Part shown: piece by piece, positions 1 through 12,170 of the stretch
Layout: every line of letters starts with the position of its first letter
How positions within the stretch are numbered: the stretch's first letter is position 1
Assembly (NCBI RefSeq): GCF_036321535.1
Contig: NC_087436.1
Location: 49,602,001-49,666,000 of the forward strand
Origin: Camelus dromedarius
Lineage: Eukaryota
Reading direction: 5' to 3'
Length of the DNA stretch: 64,000 nt
The notes under the pieces: generated by a model
Told to the model about the DNA's origin: nothing
The model's database searches: none
Seen by the model: the letters and a program-made list of their open reading frames with translations, nothing else
Position numbers and translations under genes: made by a program

Positions 1-547
1 CACAGTTCTGTAGGTCAGAAGTTCAATACAGTGTGGCTCAGCTGACTCAGTGTAAGGTCTCAGCAAACCAGAATCAAGGGGTTGGTAGTATTGCATTCCT
101 TGATGGAGGTTTCTTTCTGCGAAAGAGTATGTTTCCACGGTCACTAGGATGTCAGTGGCATTCATTTCCTATGGTCGTAATGCCGAGGTTCCTATTTTCT
201 TGATGGCTGTCTGACAGGAGACTCTCTCAGCTCTTTCAGGCAACATTCCTTCGTCATCCTGTTGGCCCCCCCATCCTCGAACCAGTAACAATGCACCGCA
301 TTCTTCTCACACTTAATCTTCCTTGCTTCTTATGCTCTCTTTGACTCCAGCTGGAGAAAGTTCTCTGCTTTTAAGGGCTCATATGATTAGACTGAGCCCA
401 CCTGGATAAACCAGGCTAATCTTCTTAACCTAAAGTCTGTAACCTTAATTACATCTGCAAAGTCCCTTTGGTCATGTAATAAAATCTACTCACAGGTTCT
501 AAGGATTAGGGTATGGGTGTCTTTGTAGGTTCGTTCTGCTGACCACA
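1..547 (-). mobile_element. MaLR LTR (MLT1D-like), truncated by the window edge
   Basis: Reverse complement begins TGTGGTCAGCAGAAC...CCCTAATCCTTAGAACCTGTGA, resembling the MLT1D start; typical MLT1 blocks such as taattacatctgcaaagtccctttg. Confidence 0.8.
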
Positions 548-551
548 AGGG

Positions 552-1600
552 AAGACCCAGGCTTTTGAGGACCTTTGGACACAAGGTCTGAGTTGATATT
601 GATCTGGAAACTCAGAGAATCATTATTATTTTGCTCTAAGAATAGAAGTTTCAGAGTCCAGATAATAAATGGAGTCTTGTGTAAAATTGGCTCATGGTAG
701 GCACCTTGGATCCCCAGATTCATCCAGTTGTCATTTTCTCTGTCAGTCAATGGAAAATTGATGTACTTAGCAGTTAGAGCAACCCTCACATTGTCTGCAG
801 ACTATCTTAGTGGGAAATGCCAAGCAGGAACTTCTGAAATGTCTGTTGTTCCTCTCCCAATTACCCAGTTAAGATTGTAAATAAAAAAATAATACAACAT
901 TTTAAGAGGATGGTAGAGATTAGTGAGACCATTAAAGACCCAAAGACCAGGAGTAGGGGTCTCTATCATATCTGTTAAATTTTCTATTCTTGTCCCTGCA
1001 GAAACTGGATTATCCTGTCAAACGACTATAGTTTAGACCAATCTCAACCAGTGGCCCCTATAACATCTGGTCTTCTACATGTTTTGTTTTGCTGGAGGAG
1101 ATTAGTAGGGCTCTGGATACATGTTATGTAGCCACTCATTTGGCAAATTTGTTAATTTTCATTCTAAGTTAAAAAGTGGATCTAAAACAGTTTGCATTAA
1201 TGTAGGGTACCCACCAGTTTTCATTTACAGTTTTGCCTTTAGGCTGTTTTAACACTCTTCTGTATATTATATTATAGCTTGATGAAATCTGAACTGTTTG
1301 TTCCCCACCAGTCTTCATACAGATCCATTAAATTTATGGCATCATGTCAATGAGATAGGATGAATAAGATTTGGCTAGTGAACTGGAAACCTTGGAAAGA
1401 TACATGTGCACCAGAGATTGGCAAAGAAATTCTGTGTTATTTCAGAGACCTGCTTCTTTGGTGAAAATTTAAAGGGTCCAGTGGTTAGGGTACAGTGATA
1501 TCTACTGAAAAAAAAAAAAAAACCAGACAATTTGCTTTATTGTGCATCGTCTTTCACCAAAAAGTAAGCACAGTCCTTGCTACACCACTCTGTGTTTTAT
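552..1600 (+). mobile_element. Degraded ERVL (class III ERV) protease/reverse transcriptase remnant
   Basis: Frame-broken translation gives LDTRSELILI (cf. ERVL protease LLDTGSELTLI), LLEEISRALDTCYVATHLAN (cf. LLEQINTSPGTWYAAIDLAN), KQFA, FSFTVLPLG (cf. YTFTVLPQG) and VK..GVQW; many stops and frameshifts. Confidence 0.8.
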
Positions 1601-1614
1601 AAGCATCCCAAATA

Positions 1615-1953
1615 TTCTACAGATATTAAAAGTATAATAAGAAAATATTACAAATAATGTTATGACAATAAATTTGAAAACCTAGACAAAGCAGACAAAT
1701 TCCATGAAAGACACAAACTATCAAAACTGACTCAAGATGAAATTGAAATTCCAAATAGTTCTCTATCACGTAAAGAAAAATTTGTAATTGTCTTCCCACA
1801 CCAACATCCTCCAGACCCAGATGGCTTTACTAGCAGTTGTCGCATCTGGAAGACGTTATGAAGAATTGATGGTATTTCTATACAAAAGGGTACACTTCCC
1901 TCATCATTTTATTGAGGCAAGAGTTACTCTGGCTCCAAAATCACACAGAGACA
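1615..1953 (+). mobile_element. Old L1 ORF2 fragment
   Basis: aataaatttgaaaacctagacaaagcagacaaattccatgaaagacacaaactatcaaaactgactcaag matches the L1 ORF2 segment NKLENLEEMDKFL; ccagacccagatggctttac matches PGPDGFT. Confidence 0.8.
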
Positions 1954-1954
1954 T

Positions 1955-2300
1955 TGTATTAATTTCCTAAACCTGTGCTAACAAAGTACCACAAACTTGT
2001 TAGTTTCAAACAGTAGAAATGTATTCTCTCAGAGTTATGGAGACTAGAAATCTAAAATCAGAATTATGACAGGGCCATGGTCTCTCAAAAATATATAGGG
2101 AAGGATCCTTACCTGACTCTTCCAGCTTCTGGTAGCTTCAGGCATCCCTTGGCTTTCAGCTGCAGTACTTCAATTTCTGCCTCTGTTGTCACATAGTATT
2201 CTCTCCATGTGTCTCAGTCAAAATGTCCCTCTTATAAGAACAGTAATCATATTGAGTTAGGGCCCTCCCTAATGACCTCATCTGAACTTGATTAGGTGTG
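1955..2300 (-). mobile_element. MaLR LTR (MLT1B/C-like)
   Basis: tgtattaatttcct...aacaaagtaccacaaacttg...tctcagagttatggagactagaaatctaaaatca is the reverse-complemented MLT1 3' end. Confidence 0.8.
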
Positions 2301-2376
2301 GTATTGACCTTGGAGAAATGCAAAGATTTCTTAGGTGAAACAAGGAGTGAATCAGAAAGAAAAATTAATAAATTAG

Positions 2377-3280
2377 GAAGACATACAAATGATCAATAGG
2401 CACATGAAAAAATGCTCAATATCACTAATTATCAGAGAAATGCAAATCAAAACTACAATGAGGTATCACCTCAAACCAGTCAGAATGGCCATCATTCAAA
2501 AATCCACAAATGACAAATGCTGGAGAGGCTGTGGAGAAAGGGGAACCCTCCTGCGCTGCTGGTGGGAATGCAGTTTGGTGCAGCCACTGTAGAAAACAGT
2601 ATGGAGATTCCTCAAAAGACTAGGAATAGACTTACCGTATGACCCAGGAATCCTGATCCTGGGCATATATCCAGAAGGAACCCTACTTCAGGATGACACC
2701 TGCAGCCCAATGTTCATAGCAGCACTATTTACAATAGCCAAGACACGGAGACAGCCTAAATGTCCATCAATGGATGACTGGATAAAGAAGAGGTGGTATA
2801 TTTATACAATGGAATACTACTCAGCCATAAAGACTGACAACGTAATGCCATTTGCAGCAACATGGATGCTCCTGGAGAATGTCATTCTAAGTGACGTAAG
2901 CCAGAAAGAGAAAGAAAAATACAATATGAGATCGCTCATATGTGGAATCTAAAAAAAACAAAAACAAAAACAAAAACAAACAAAGCATAAATACAAAACA
3001 GAAACAGACTCATAGACATAGAATACAAACTTGTGGTTGCCAAGGGGGCGGAGGGTGGGAAGGGATAGATGGGATTTCAAAATTGTAGAATAGATAAACA
3101 AGACTATACTGTATAGCACAGGGAAATATATACAAGATCTTATGGTAGCTCACAGAGGAAAAAAATGTGGCAATGAATATATATATAGGTTCATGTATAA
3201 CTGAAAAATTGTGCTTTACACTGGAATTTGACACAACATTGTAAAATGATTATAAATCAATAAAAAATGTTAAAAAAAAA
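2377..3280 (+). mobile_element. Relatively young 5'-truncated L1: ORF2 C-terminus, 3' UTR and poly(A)
   Basis: ORFs 2389-2592 and 2710-2952 share a frame and are separated only by one TAG (2590-2592, a Trp codon in L1 consensus); canonical HMKKCS...CWWEC and MFIAALFTIAK motifs; AATAAA and A-tail near 3260-3280. Confidence 0.95.
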
Positions 3281-3289
3281 CCAAGTTAC

Positions 3290-3960
3290 CACAATCTTTT
3301 CACAGCTGAAATTAACAAGACCGACCTGTCAAGGTTTGCTGAGGATGTGATGCACACATTGCTTGTGTGTGACTAGTATTTTACAGCTGCTTTGACAAAT
3401 GGTAGAAATTCACCAAAGAGAAATGAAAATTTAGGTCCATACAAAGAACTAAACACTAATGTTCTTAGCAGCTTTTTCTATTGCAGCCCCAAACTAGACA
3501 GAACCCACATGAATATCAGCGGGTCATTGGTCAGTTGTGTTAAATCCATATAATGGAATATTCTTTTATACTATTAGTATGTATTATACTGCAACTATTT
3601 ACACTATTTAGCAATAAGAAAGGAATGAAATGCTAGTATACTCAATGCCATGGATAAGGCTCAAAAACATTATGCTGAGTCACGAAGCCAATCCAAAATA
3701 ATACATACTTTATGATTTCATTTTATGAAACAAACAAACATAGACTTTTGTAACAGAAAGCAAATCAATGATTGTACCCAGGTGGGGACAGGGACATGAC
3801 TGCAAAGAGTACTGGGGAAATGTTTTGAGGCAATAAAAATATATCGTTTTGGGGGTTATTTTAGTGTATATACTTGTCAGAATTTACCAACGTGTACGCT
3901 TACAGTTGGTTCACATTATTGTATTTAAACTATACCTAAATAAAGTTGATTTTACAAAAC
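3290..3960 (+). mobile_element. Old L1 (L1MC/ME-like) 3' end
   Basis: aaacattatgctgagt...acatactttatgatttcattttat...ctatacctaaataaagttgatttt. Confidence 0.8.
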
Positions 3961-5935
3961 TCTCACAAGTCTAAAATGAGAAATTTAAGTAACAATGTTA
4001 GACTAAAGTGTCAGAGCTGTCTTTTCCCCATTTTATCTCAGTAGTGCATACATGCGTTTTCCCAGATGGTTGGATATGGACCCTGACTCCAATAGATGTG
4101 ACTTCTTCATGTGGAATATTCAGAATTTGCATTAAAACAAACATACATTTAAAAACACACACTTTAAAAAATGTGACCTAAGACTAGGCTTGTCAGTGTT
4201 CTTCAGATTAGAAGTTCAATTTTAATGAACCGAATGAACATGTGTGAAAACAATTTGTCTCCTATGCGATCAGAGATGAAGAAGAAAACAGGGATTTTGC
4301 TCAGGAGGCTGTGGGCACAGTTACTGGTATGACCTGGGAATTTCTGTAGGGCCATTGATTAAGTTTCTGTGTATGTTAGCTGGCCACACAGAGCCTTCAA
4401 TGTCAGTTTTAGAACCTGCACCTTTGTTGTAATGCTCCACGTCAGTCTATGTAAATGGGCACACCTCCTGATGCTGTCTCCTGGGAACTTTCCCTCCCCA
4501 GGAGTCACTCTCCCTCTCTTTTTCATTCTTCCTCTCTTCATTTTTGTACTCGGGGTGCCTGGTCACCCTATCTAGGTGTCCTAGCAGTCGAAGAAGCAGC
4601 ACCTTTTTTCCTACCTTTGTTAACAACGCTTTCTTACTTTTCCTTAAAGTGGTTTCATAATGTCTGAAAGGTAACTTACATGAAAGAGGATCTCCCATGA
4701 TCATGCACAGTATTTTCAAGGACCCACATCAGGGTCTTTTCTATAAGCACATTTTTTTCCTAGCATCAACTCTCAGGTAGCTTAATCCCTGTATTAAGCA
4801 TATGGAGAATGCGGCATAAAAAAAGTTTTGAGAAGAACCGCACTTCAGACCTCTGTTCTCTCTCCCCTCTGGTTGTCCTTCTCATGTGCCCCTACCTTCC
4901 AAGCCACCATTTCATATCTTCTGTTCTTTTTAGATTCCAAACTAGATACCATCAATCTTCTTGTTTCTCTAGTACATACTCCTTGCCCTCAACCTCACCT
5001 CGCTGCTCTTGCAAATCCTCTTGACAACCACCCGTGTAATCTGGTTTCCTGGGAGACAACCTTGCTTATTCCTTGAAAGCTTCAGTTACGCACATTTACA
5101 GTGATCACCATTCTCACCTCTTATACATGCTTTCTATACACTGGATCCAAAACTATAAATAAGTCAAAGCAGTTTCTCCTTACTATACTCAGTACATTCA
5201 TAATTGTCGTTAAAAGCACTTAGAAACAGCTGTAATTGTCTAATACCTTTGTCCTAACACCTTTCTCTTTTTATCAACACTATAAGGAATCAGAAAAATA
5301 GAGTTAGTCGTCACTTCTATTTTTTCATTTCTTTGTAAAGACAATTGATTTTCCTTCTTTATGTCCCTCCTCTTCGAGGAACTCTGGTTATGCTTGTGTT
5401 CTCTGGTTTTGTTTTTAATGGATTTGTTTTCATCAGAATTCCTTTGTTTGCATTAATTCTCTTTTTACTGTCACTTGGGGTCTGAAGACTTTCCAAGACT
5501 TAACAAGATTATTGGGGTTCAGAGTTGACATTCAATTACATTTTTATTTTTCTTGGTTCTCTTCTGTCAGATCAGTAAAACTCATTCCACCTGCTGTTTA
5601 GAAAGATTATAGTGACAGAATTTGGAGGAAGAAGTCCTGAAGATTAGTCAGCTAATAGTTCATATTATAATATGGACATTTCTCAACCCTCAGCTGTGGA
5701 CAGAAAACCATATTACAGCACACGATGTGAGACATTCTAGAAGCTCAGTAATATGTGTGGAATTGTCAATAGATATTTTCACCATGTTCAGTATGTTGTC
5801 TTTACTAGTCAGGATGGGGATGCCCTGTCTCTGATTTGAAAGAGAGGTTTATATTGCATACCAGTTACATGAGGAGATTATAGGAAACACCTGGGCTCTT
5901 CTATCAGGTATCACTGGTCAAAAGAGCTAAGAGAG

Positions 5936-6450
5936 TGTCTTAGCTTGATTCCCCCAGAAAGCAGAGCCAAAGCAAAGGGCTAACGTGCAGTTAACTTATA
6001 AGGAGGACAATTCCAGGGCGGAGGAGTGAGGAACAAAAGGAATAATTTAGAGAAGGAAATAGAGCCTAGATGGGACTCTGGTATTGAACGGACTCTAGTA
6101 CCACACCCTGGAGAGGCCTATAAATTGCATCTCTGATCCATCCCTGGAGAGGGAAGGGAGAAAGGAGAAATAATTTATCCACTAGCTCTTGTAAGCCATT
6201 GGTAAAATTTACCCCATGACATAATAACTCTCCATACTTGCAAGTTGTGCATACAGGGTATGGGAACTGAACAGAGTCCTGTGGTACCACCTGCAAGGCA
6301 ACCCTGGGATGGGAAGACAGAGATGCATACGTGGGAGGGGTGGAAGATGGGGCATCATCTGGTTGCATCTATGTGAATTTGGTCAGAGCACATGGAGAGC
6401 TGGAACAGGATGCCAAGAGGATCCGAAGAGAAGGAAAATAGATGTCTGAT
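5936..6450 (-). mobile_element. Ancient ERVL-type LTR (LTR16/LTR33-like)
   Basis: tgtcttagcttgattcccccagaaagcagagccaaagcaaagg resembles the LTR16/33 terminus. Confidence 0.6.
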
Positions 6451-7519
6451 ACAAAGGTCTTCACTTCCTTCTGCAAACATAGGTGATGTAAACATATCAT
6501 GGATATGAGACCCTGTGAGCTCAGTCTCTGCGCTGCGGACAACTGCCTTCTTACTGGAATTATCTCCCTATTGGATGTTGCTGATGGGCTTTCTGTTATC
6601 GAAGGCTGATGCATGGGGGACGTTGTAAGATGGATGGAGAGCCTTGTGGTCCATTCCTGTAGAGGGAAGAGTGTTAAGAGCATACATGGAAGTACAATTC
6701 TTCTTTGCTTGCTTACTTGGGAGTAATGTTTATGGAGAATTTGTGCCTCATTACAAGGATCACTCACAAGTGTGAGGGCTGTATATTACACACTTGGGAG
6801 TGGCTAAGAACAGCTGGTTATGTAGCTGCCAACATTGTAACTGACAGAAAGAGGATGCTCTGAATCAGTGCCCCAGTGAGGATGTGCAGAGGGATAAAAA
6901 TACACTGAAAATAATGCTAAGAACAAGTTATGGTTTGTGGGTGAATGGTGATTTCAAATTTCTTTTAAAACCCTCAGACAGAGATATTACTTTATTTACT
7001 TAAAGTATATTGTTATAAGATTACTTCATCTTCAGAAAGGAAAATTGACTAATAGAAAAATTAAACAGATAAGTTAGTTTTCTTTTCACTTTATGTTTGT
7101 CTCAGGACTGGAATCTAGTTCGATTTTGCCTTTTTGAAGGAGGCAGAGCTCCATTATGAAAGCAATGAATGTGTTTACCAGAAAAATGCACTTTGCACAT
7201 GTAACCTTATGCATATGGGTGCATATATACAAGTCTGCATAAAATTTCAGATGCTTGAAATCTTTCTCTAATCAAGGCAGAAACAGAAAGATAATCTTAC
7301 ATAGTCTTTTATGAAATTGTGAATGAGAATGAACGTTAAGCAAACCTATTTCCCGAGTAGAATTTCATGCTTACTTTCTATCAAATGAGGTAAGTTATAC
7401 ATGGTACTATTTATTTTTTTCTCATTTTCAGGAAATTATGAATGCATTTTTTCTCTTTATGGACAAATTAATATACTTTAGAAGAAAACCACAAAATATG
7501 AGAAATGCAGGTAGGATAC

Positions 7520-7860
7520 TATGTATGATAAAGGTTAGTAGAGCTGGGAATTTCCCAATCTGGAGAAAAGAAGGCTAAGGGGAGACATGGTGGCTTCTGA
7601 AAATATGTTAAGGGATATTACCAGGAGGACAGGGACCAATTCTCATTAGTCAGTGAGAGCAGAACAGGAAGTAATGAGCTTAAACTGCACCTGGGAAATT
7701 TAAGTTAAATATAAGAAAACTTTTTAACCATGAGAACAATTAAGCGACGGTGCAGATTGTCAAGGGAAATAATGAATTCACCTTTACTAATAACATTCAA
7801 AGTAGCACTTGCCACTCATCCATCAGGGTAAGTTAGGAATAATAAAAATCAATTCTACCA
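7520..7860 (+). mobile_element. Ancient CR1/L3 LINE, 3' end of ORF2
   Basis: Translates piecewise to ELGISQSGEKKAKG / LEKRRLRGDMVA / SRTGSNELKLHLGNL, matching the CR1 ORF2 end LEKRRLRGD...RTRSNGLKL. Confidence 0.85.
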
Positions 7861-8094
7861 ACATCCTGGGAATAGATTAGATGATCCAAGAGAGAATACT
7901 TCTCAAAATCCCCACCATGTATAAAAATAGACTTAATGGAAAAGAGTAGCTTTTAAAATATGCAAGAGGAACAGAATATTAATTCTACAAATAGTTATTT
8001 GTTTTCTACTACATACAAAGCTCAAGTTTAGCCTCTATGGAGGAAATAAAGATAAATCCTAAATAGCTCAAGCCCTCAAGTCACTTATTTAGTA

Positions 8095-8990
8095 GTAAAC
8101 CGGTACTCCCGATTTTTAAAATTACATGTCCTTATTAAGAAAAATATCTGAACACTCATCCCTAATAAAAGCATATTAATTTATTTATAGATGTAAAATT
8201 GTATAAAGTAAATGCAATATGAATTTAAAAGGGTAAAATAAAGATGAATCAATCTTATTTTAAAAAATATTTTGCTAAGTATGGTACCCTCATCTATTAT
8301 TAGTTTATGGTTTAAAGCCACAATAATCAATTAGACTGGTTTCATATTTAACAATGATATTTGTTACTCTTTATATAAAATCAGCCTCTGGATAATTTTA
8401 AGATTCTTGGCTGACGTCTTGTCACATCTAACTAGATTGTCATTATTTATGCCTTATACAGTGGCCAACAAAGCACTCACACTGAACAGGGCGGTATAGC
8501 TCAGTGGTAGAGCACATGCTTAGCATGCATGAGGTCCTGAGTTCAAACCCCAGTACCTCCTAAATAAATAACCCTAATTACTTCCCCCAAAAGAAAGACC
8601 AGCAAAACAAAACAAATATTAAAAATAAAATAAATGTCACTTCTTTAGAAACATCTTCCCTGATGTCTCTAAAAATAAACCTTTCTTCAAAGCCCTCATG
8701 CTGGGTATGGGAGAACTCAGCTCACTACTGCAGTTTGTTTGCTATGTTTCAATTTAGTGTAACTTTCAATCTGCGATTTTCCTGCAGGAATTTTTCTAAG
8801 GTTCTTATGCTTTATATGAGGTTTGTTTCATTAGAACTAGGTAACAATGGAACAATCCATAAAACTACTTAATTGACCCATGTGGCCTATAAAATATATG
8901 TCAGTATTTTAAACAAACAAACAAACGAACAAACAAAACTGCATGCATTGAGGCATCCCTACCAACTCTTATCTGAGTTGGGAAGATCCT
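8095..8990. mobile_element. Possible degraded hAT-Charlie DNA transposon remnant, interrupted by a SINE
   Basis: Charlie-like terminal motifs (…agttgggaaga) around an AT-rich interior; weak resemblance only. Confidence 0.3.
8489..8632 (+). mobile_element. tRNA-Ala-derived SINE (camelid Vic-1-like)
   Basis: gggcggtatagctcagtggtagagcacatgcttagcatgcatgaggtcctgagttcaaaccccagtacctcc has Pol III A and B boxes and AGC anticodon context, followed by taaataaataaccctaattacttccccc and an A-rich tail. Confidence 0.9.
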
Positions 8991-10426
8991 TCTCTTTCTT
9001 CAGGACCTCATGTTCTGTAGGTCACTTGAGACCTTAGAATCTGTGCAATGAGTGATGGTACATCCATCAATTTATATATTGCATATTGGGAAAGCTTAAC
9101 TATGTTTATAGGTAAAATAATAGAAATAGACTGCTGCCTTCCTTATAGCAGACTAGATTATTCTAAAAGCCTTTCAGTGCAAATCAGCTTAGATTTCAAA
9201 TGAACATACTTTTAAATGCGTTGATTACTCACAGGAACATTCTTTAAATCCCCAAGAATTTCCCCCCTCAATAAATTTAAATCTAGAAAAGATACTTAGA
9301 TTTTATGGACAATAGAAATATATTTTCTATTAATGAGAGAGAGACTTCATTACAAACTTACTCTCATCAAGGTAAGTAAAAAAAAAAACAAAAAACTTCT
9401 CTTTGATGCATATAATAAAAAAGAAAAATGACCTTAGAAGATCTGAAGTGGGATAAATAATAGTGAACAAAGATATTAGTGAGCATGTCAACAGATACAG
9501 ACACACATTGTATAAAAAAGTAGTGATCATGTTCAATGTATGAGGTTAAGATTAAATACAAAGCAAGAGAGAACTAAAATACTAAACAGTAATATAAAGT
9601 AATTTTCAATGAAGGCAAGCAGTGTTAAAGTATTAAAACTGAATTATCCCAAGATCTTCATGTTGTTTGGCAGGAGGAATAACAAAGGGATGTTTTAAAT
9701 GTTAAAATATAAGGTGAATTTTCAAAGGTAACCACCAACAACATATTACTCCTATATAGAGCCAAATGGTGTAATGAAATTTTTAAAAAATCAATGTAAT
9801 CAATACAAAAGAAAGAGGAAATAAGAAAAAGGTAGCATTAAAAAGTAGGACAGATGAAAATACAAAACAAGAAAGTAGAAAAAAAGTATCAGCAATCACA
9901 ATCAATGTAAGTGAACAAACTGTTGAGCTCACTAGCTAAAATACTAATATTTCCAGCTATTTTGCAGGGACACACCTAAAACATAAAGGTAAGCAAATAT
10001 TTTACTGTGAAAAATGAGGGAAAAGAAGGCAAAACTAGCCTAAAGAAGATAGATAAGAATAATAATTTCGGACTTTAAGGTAGAACTTAGCAGAACTAAA
10101 AGGAGAAATGAACAAATCCACTATTAGAATGAGGGATTTACACATCTCTCACATTATATTGATACCATTTAATTTGAATAACACAATCAATAAACAGTTT
10201 TAGTGAACGTATGAAGAACTCTGCACTCAGTAACTATACAATGCCCATTCTTCTTCAAGTACCCCATAAAAAAAAATCCTACAGATTTCAAGGGATACAT
10301 TGTATGGTCATAAGATAGTAAGTCAGGAGATAAAAGCTGTGGGGGGGGGATCATAAATAGTGAGGGAGCCAAGGAGGGAATCTTACTAGAAATTTGGAAA
10401 CATTTAGAATAGATAATAAAAATATT

Positions 10427-10890
10427 TGTGTCAATTTGAATCCTCTGAGAAGCAGATACCAGTACAGAATTAGATGTATAAGAGAGATTGGGGGGGGGGG
10501 GATGCTTTTGATGGATAAAGAGGGAAGAGGTAGGAGTGCGCCCCAGGAGGCTTCAGTCTGTGATGCAGGGCTGATGTCTGTGGAAAGAGGAAGGAAGACT
10601 GGGGAGGAAGAACTTTAGACAGTTGCACAGTTCTGAGAAAGCCTCAGCCAAGCTGATGGGAGTCCCAAGATAAGGCTGCCCATTGGAGGAGTCCCATATC
10701 CCACAAACAAGACCCCATTCTGGTACCCTTGCTGTGCTGGGTCACTGGCTATGAGCAGTTTGGGAAAGTCTGGCCTTGGTGAATGCTCAGTGGACCAGAA
10801 GGTGTGGCGGCTGCAGCTGTCTCAGTCAACTGTGTTTTCATAGCACAGGCTTTTGAAAAACATATGAGCAGTGTACCTCCATGGCCACCA
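10427..10890 (-). mobile_element. ERVL-type solo LTR (LTR16/LTR33-like) inside old L1
   Basis: tgtgtcaatttgaatcctctgagaagcagatacc start and ...ccatggccacaca end (TG...CA); GC-richer block within AT-rich L1. Confidence 0.65.
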
Positions 10891-11183
10891 CGATACAAAA
10901 CATACACACCGGCACTTCTGGAATAGAGTTAACCACTATTTTGAGGGAAATGTATGGCAGTAAGTACTTGGAATAAAAGCTTATTAATGAGCTTTTTTTC
11001 ACCATAAGTTCAAAAAAAATGTCAATAGAATAAACCCAGAGAAAATAGAAATAATAAAGATAACAGCATAGATTAATATGACATAAATTTAAAAATGGAA
11101 TACATGTGCTTAAAATAAATTGTTGAAAAATTTAGTAAAATACGTAACCATTGGCAAAATGGATCAAAAAAACATCAAGTAGT

Positions 11184-11224
11184 GCAGCGTTGGTGGTATA
11201 GTGGTGAGCATCGCTGCCTTCCAA
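11184..11224 (+). pseudogene. Tailless retropseudogene of the tRNA-Gly(TCC) 5' half
   Basis: GCGTTGGTGGTATAGTGGTGAGCATCGCTGCCTTCCAA (11187-11224) matches the mammalian tRNA-Gly-TCC 5' half as recalled, with one mismatch; flanked by perfect direct repeat AAAAAACATCAAGTAGT (11167-11183, 11223-11239). Confidence 0.93.
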
Positions 11225-12019
11225 AAAACATCAAGTAGTAACGCAAAAAGAAACATACTTGTAGTTACAGTGAATAGCTAAAATGATAAGGAAATAAGAT
11301 GAACAGTCTGAATAATGAATAGGAGAACTTAGGTAGAATGGATAAAATTATTAGAAAAATATAACATACCAAAAATGACTTGGAAAAACAAGAATATCAA
11401 ATAACCCTAACTAGTCTAGAAATTAAATCAGTATTTTAAAGTCTTCCTACCAAGAAAATATCAAGTCCAGCTAATTTTTATGTGACTTCTGCCAAACATT
11501 TAGGGATATGATCATTCCCAGTAAACAGAAAATCTTCTAGAAAATGGCAAACACTTCCTACCTCATTTTATATAAGCACATGTGAAATTATAAATATCTA
11601 TTGTATAAAATATATATATTATATAATACTTATATATGTAGTACAAGCTTCAGTACCCAAACAGGCAAAGCAAGTATAGAATAATATAGAGCTATCTCAT
11701 TCATGAACATAGATGTTAAAATCCCATTGTTAGTACACGTCCAAATGTATCAGTCTCATAAGCATGAGTAAAAAGGAAAAACCTAGAAATTGCACACAGC
11801 ATGATATAATTTTAGAAAGTTCAAAACACAAAAGTAAACAATATATTGCTTACAAGTGCATAGATTCACTCATGAAAAGGTTTAGAATTGAGGATCCTCT
11901 GTGTGGGAGGGAGGAGAATGTGGTCTCTGAGGGCACGTGGCAGAGATTCAGTGTTAGTAATGTTCTTGGTCGTAAGCTGGATGGTGACTCTTTGAAGTAA
12001 TTTTTGTCATATCAGACAT

Positions 12020-12170
12020 TTTTGGAGATGGATAGGACCTTTGAAATAAACAAGTCTGGTTTCTCATTTTACTCATGAACAAACTAGGCTCAGAATTTCT
12101 AAGTTCTTTACGTAAAGGCGCACAAAATCATCTGACTCTCTTTCTAATATTGTTTTCATCATAAAACACT
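12020..12170 (-). mobile_element. MIR SINE remnant
   Basis: ctcattttactcatgaacaaactaggctcaga resembles the MIR core. Confidence 0.6.

Larger units (their letters stand above)
9400..12000 (+). mobile_element. Fragmented old L1 (endonuclease region through 3' end), interrupted by an LTR and a tRNA retrocopy
   Basis: A-rich strand bias; L1 segments such as tatcagcaatcacaatcaatgtaagtgaacaaac and aagaaaatatcaagtccagctaatttttatgtgacttctgccaaacattta. Confidence 0.75.

Noticed and set aside
2389..2952. Active L1 ORF2 or host gene
   Set aside because: 5'-truncated to the C-terminal ~190 codons with an in-frame stop; no promoter, ORF1, endonuclease or RT domain
6066..6767. Two abutting minus-strand ORFs (100 and 132 aa)
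   Set aside because: They overlap an LTR-like remnant and have no recognisable protein motif or splice structure
8489..8560. Functional tRNA-Ala gene
   Set aside because: Stem mismatches, a SINE-specific 3' extension and A-rich tail, and two sibling copies in the window show it is a SINE head
11187..11224. Functional tRNA-Gly gene
   Set aside because: Only the 5' half is present (no T-arm/B box or 3' acceptor strand) and it is bounded by a TSD
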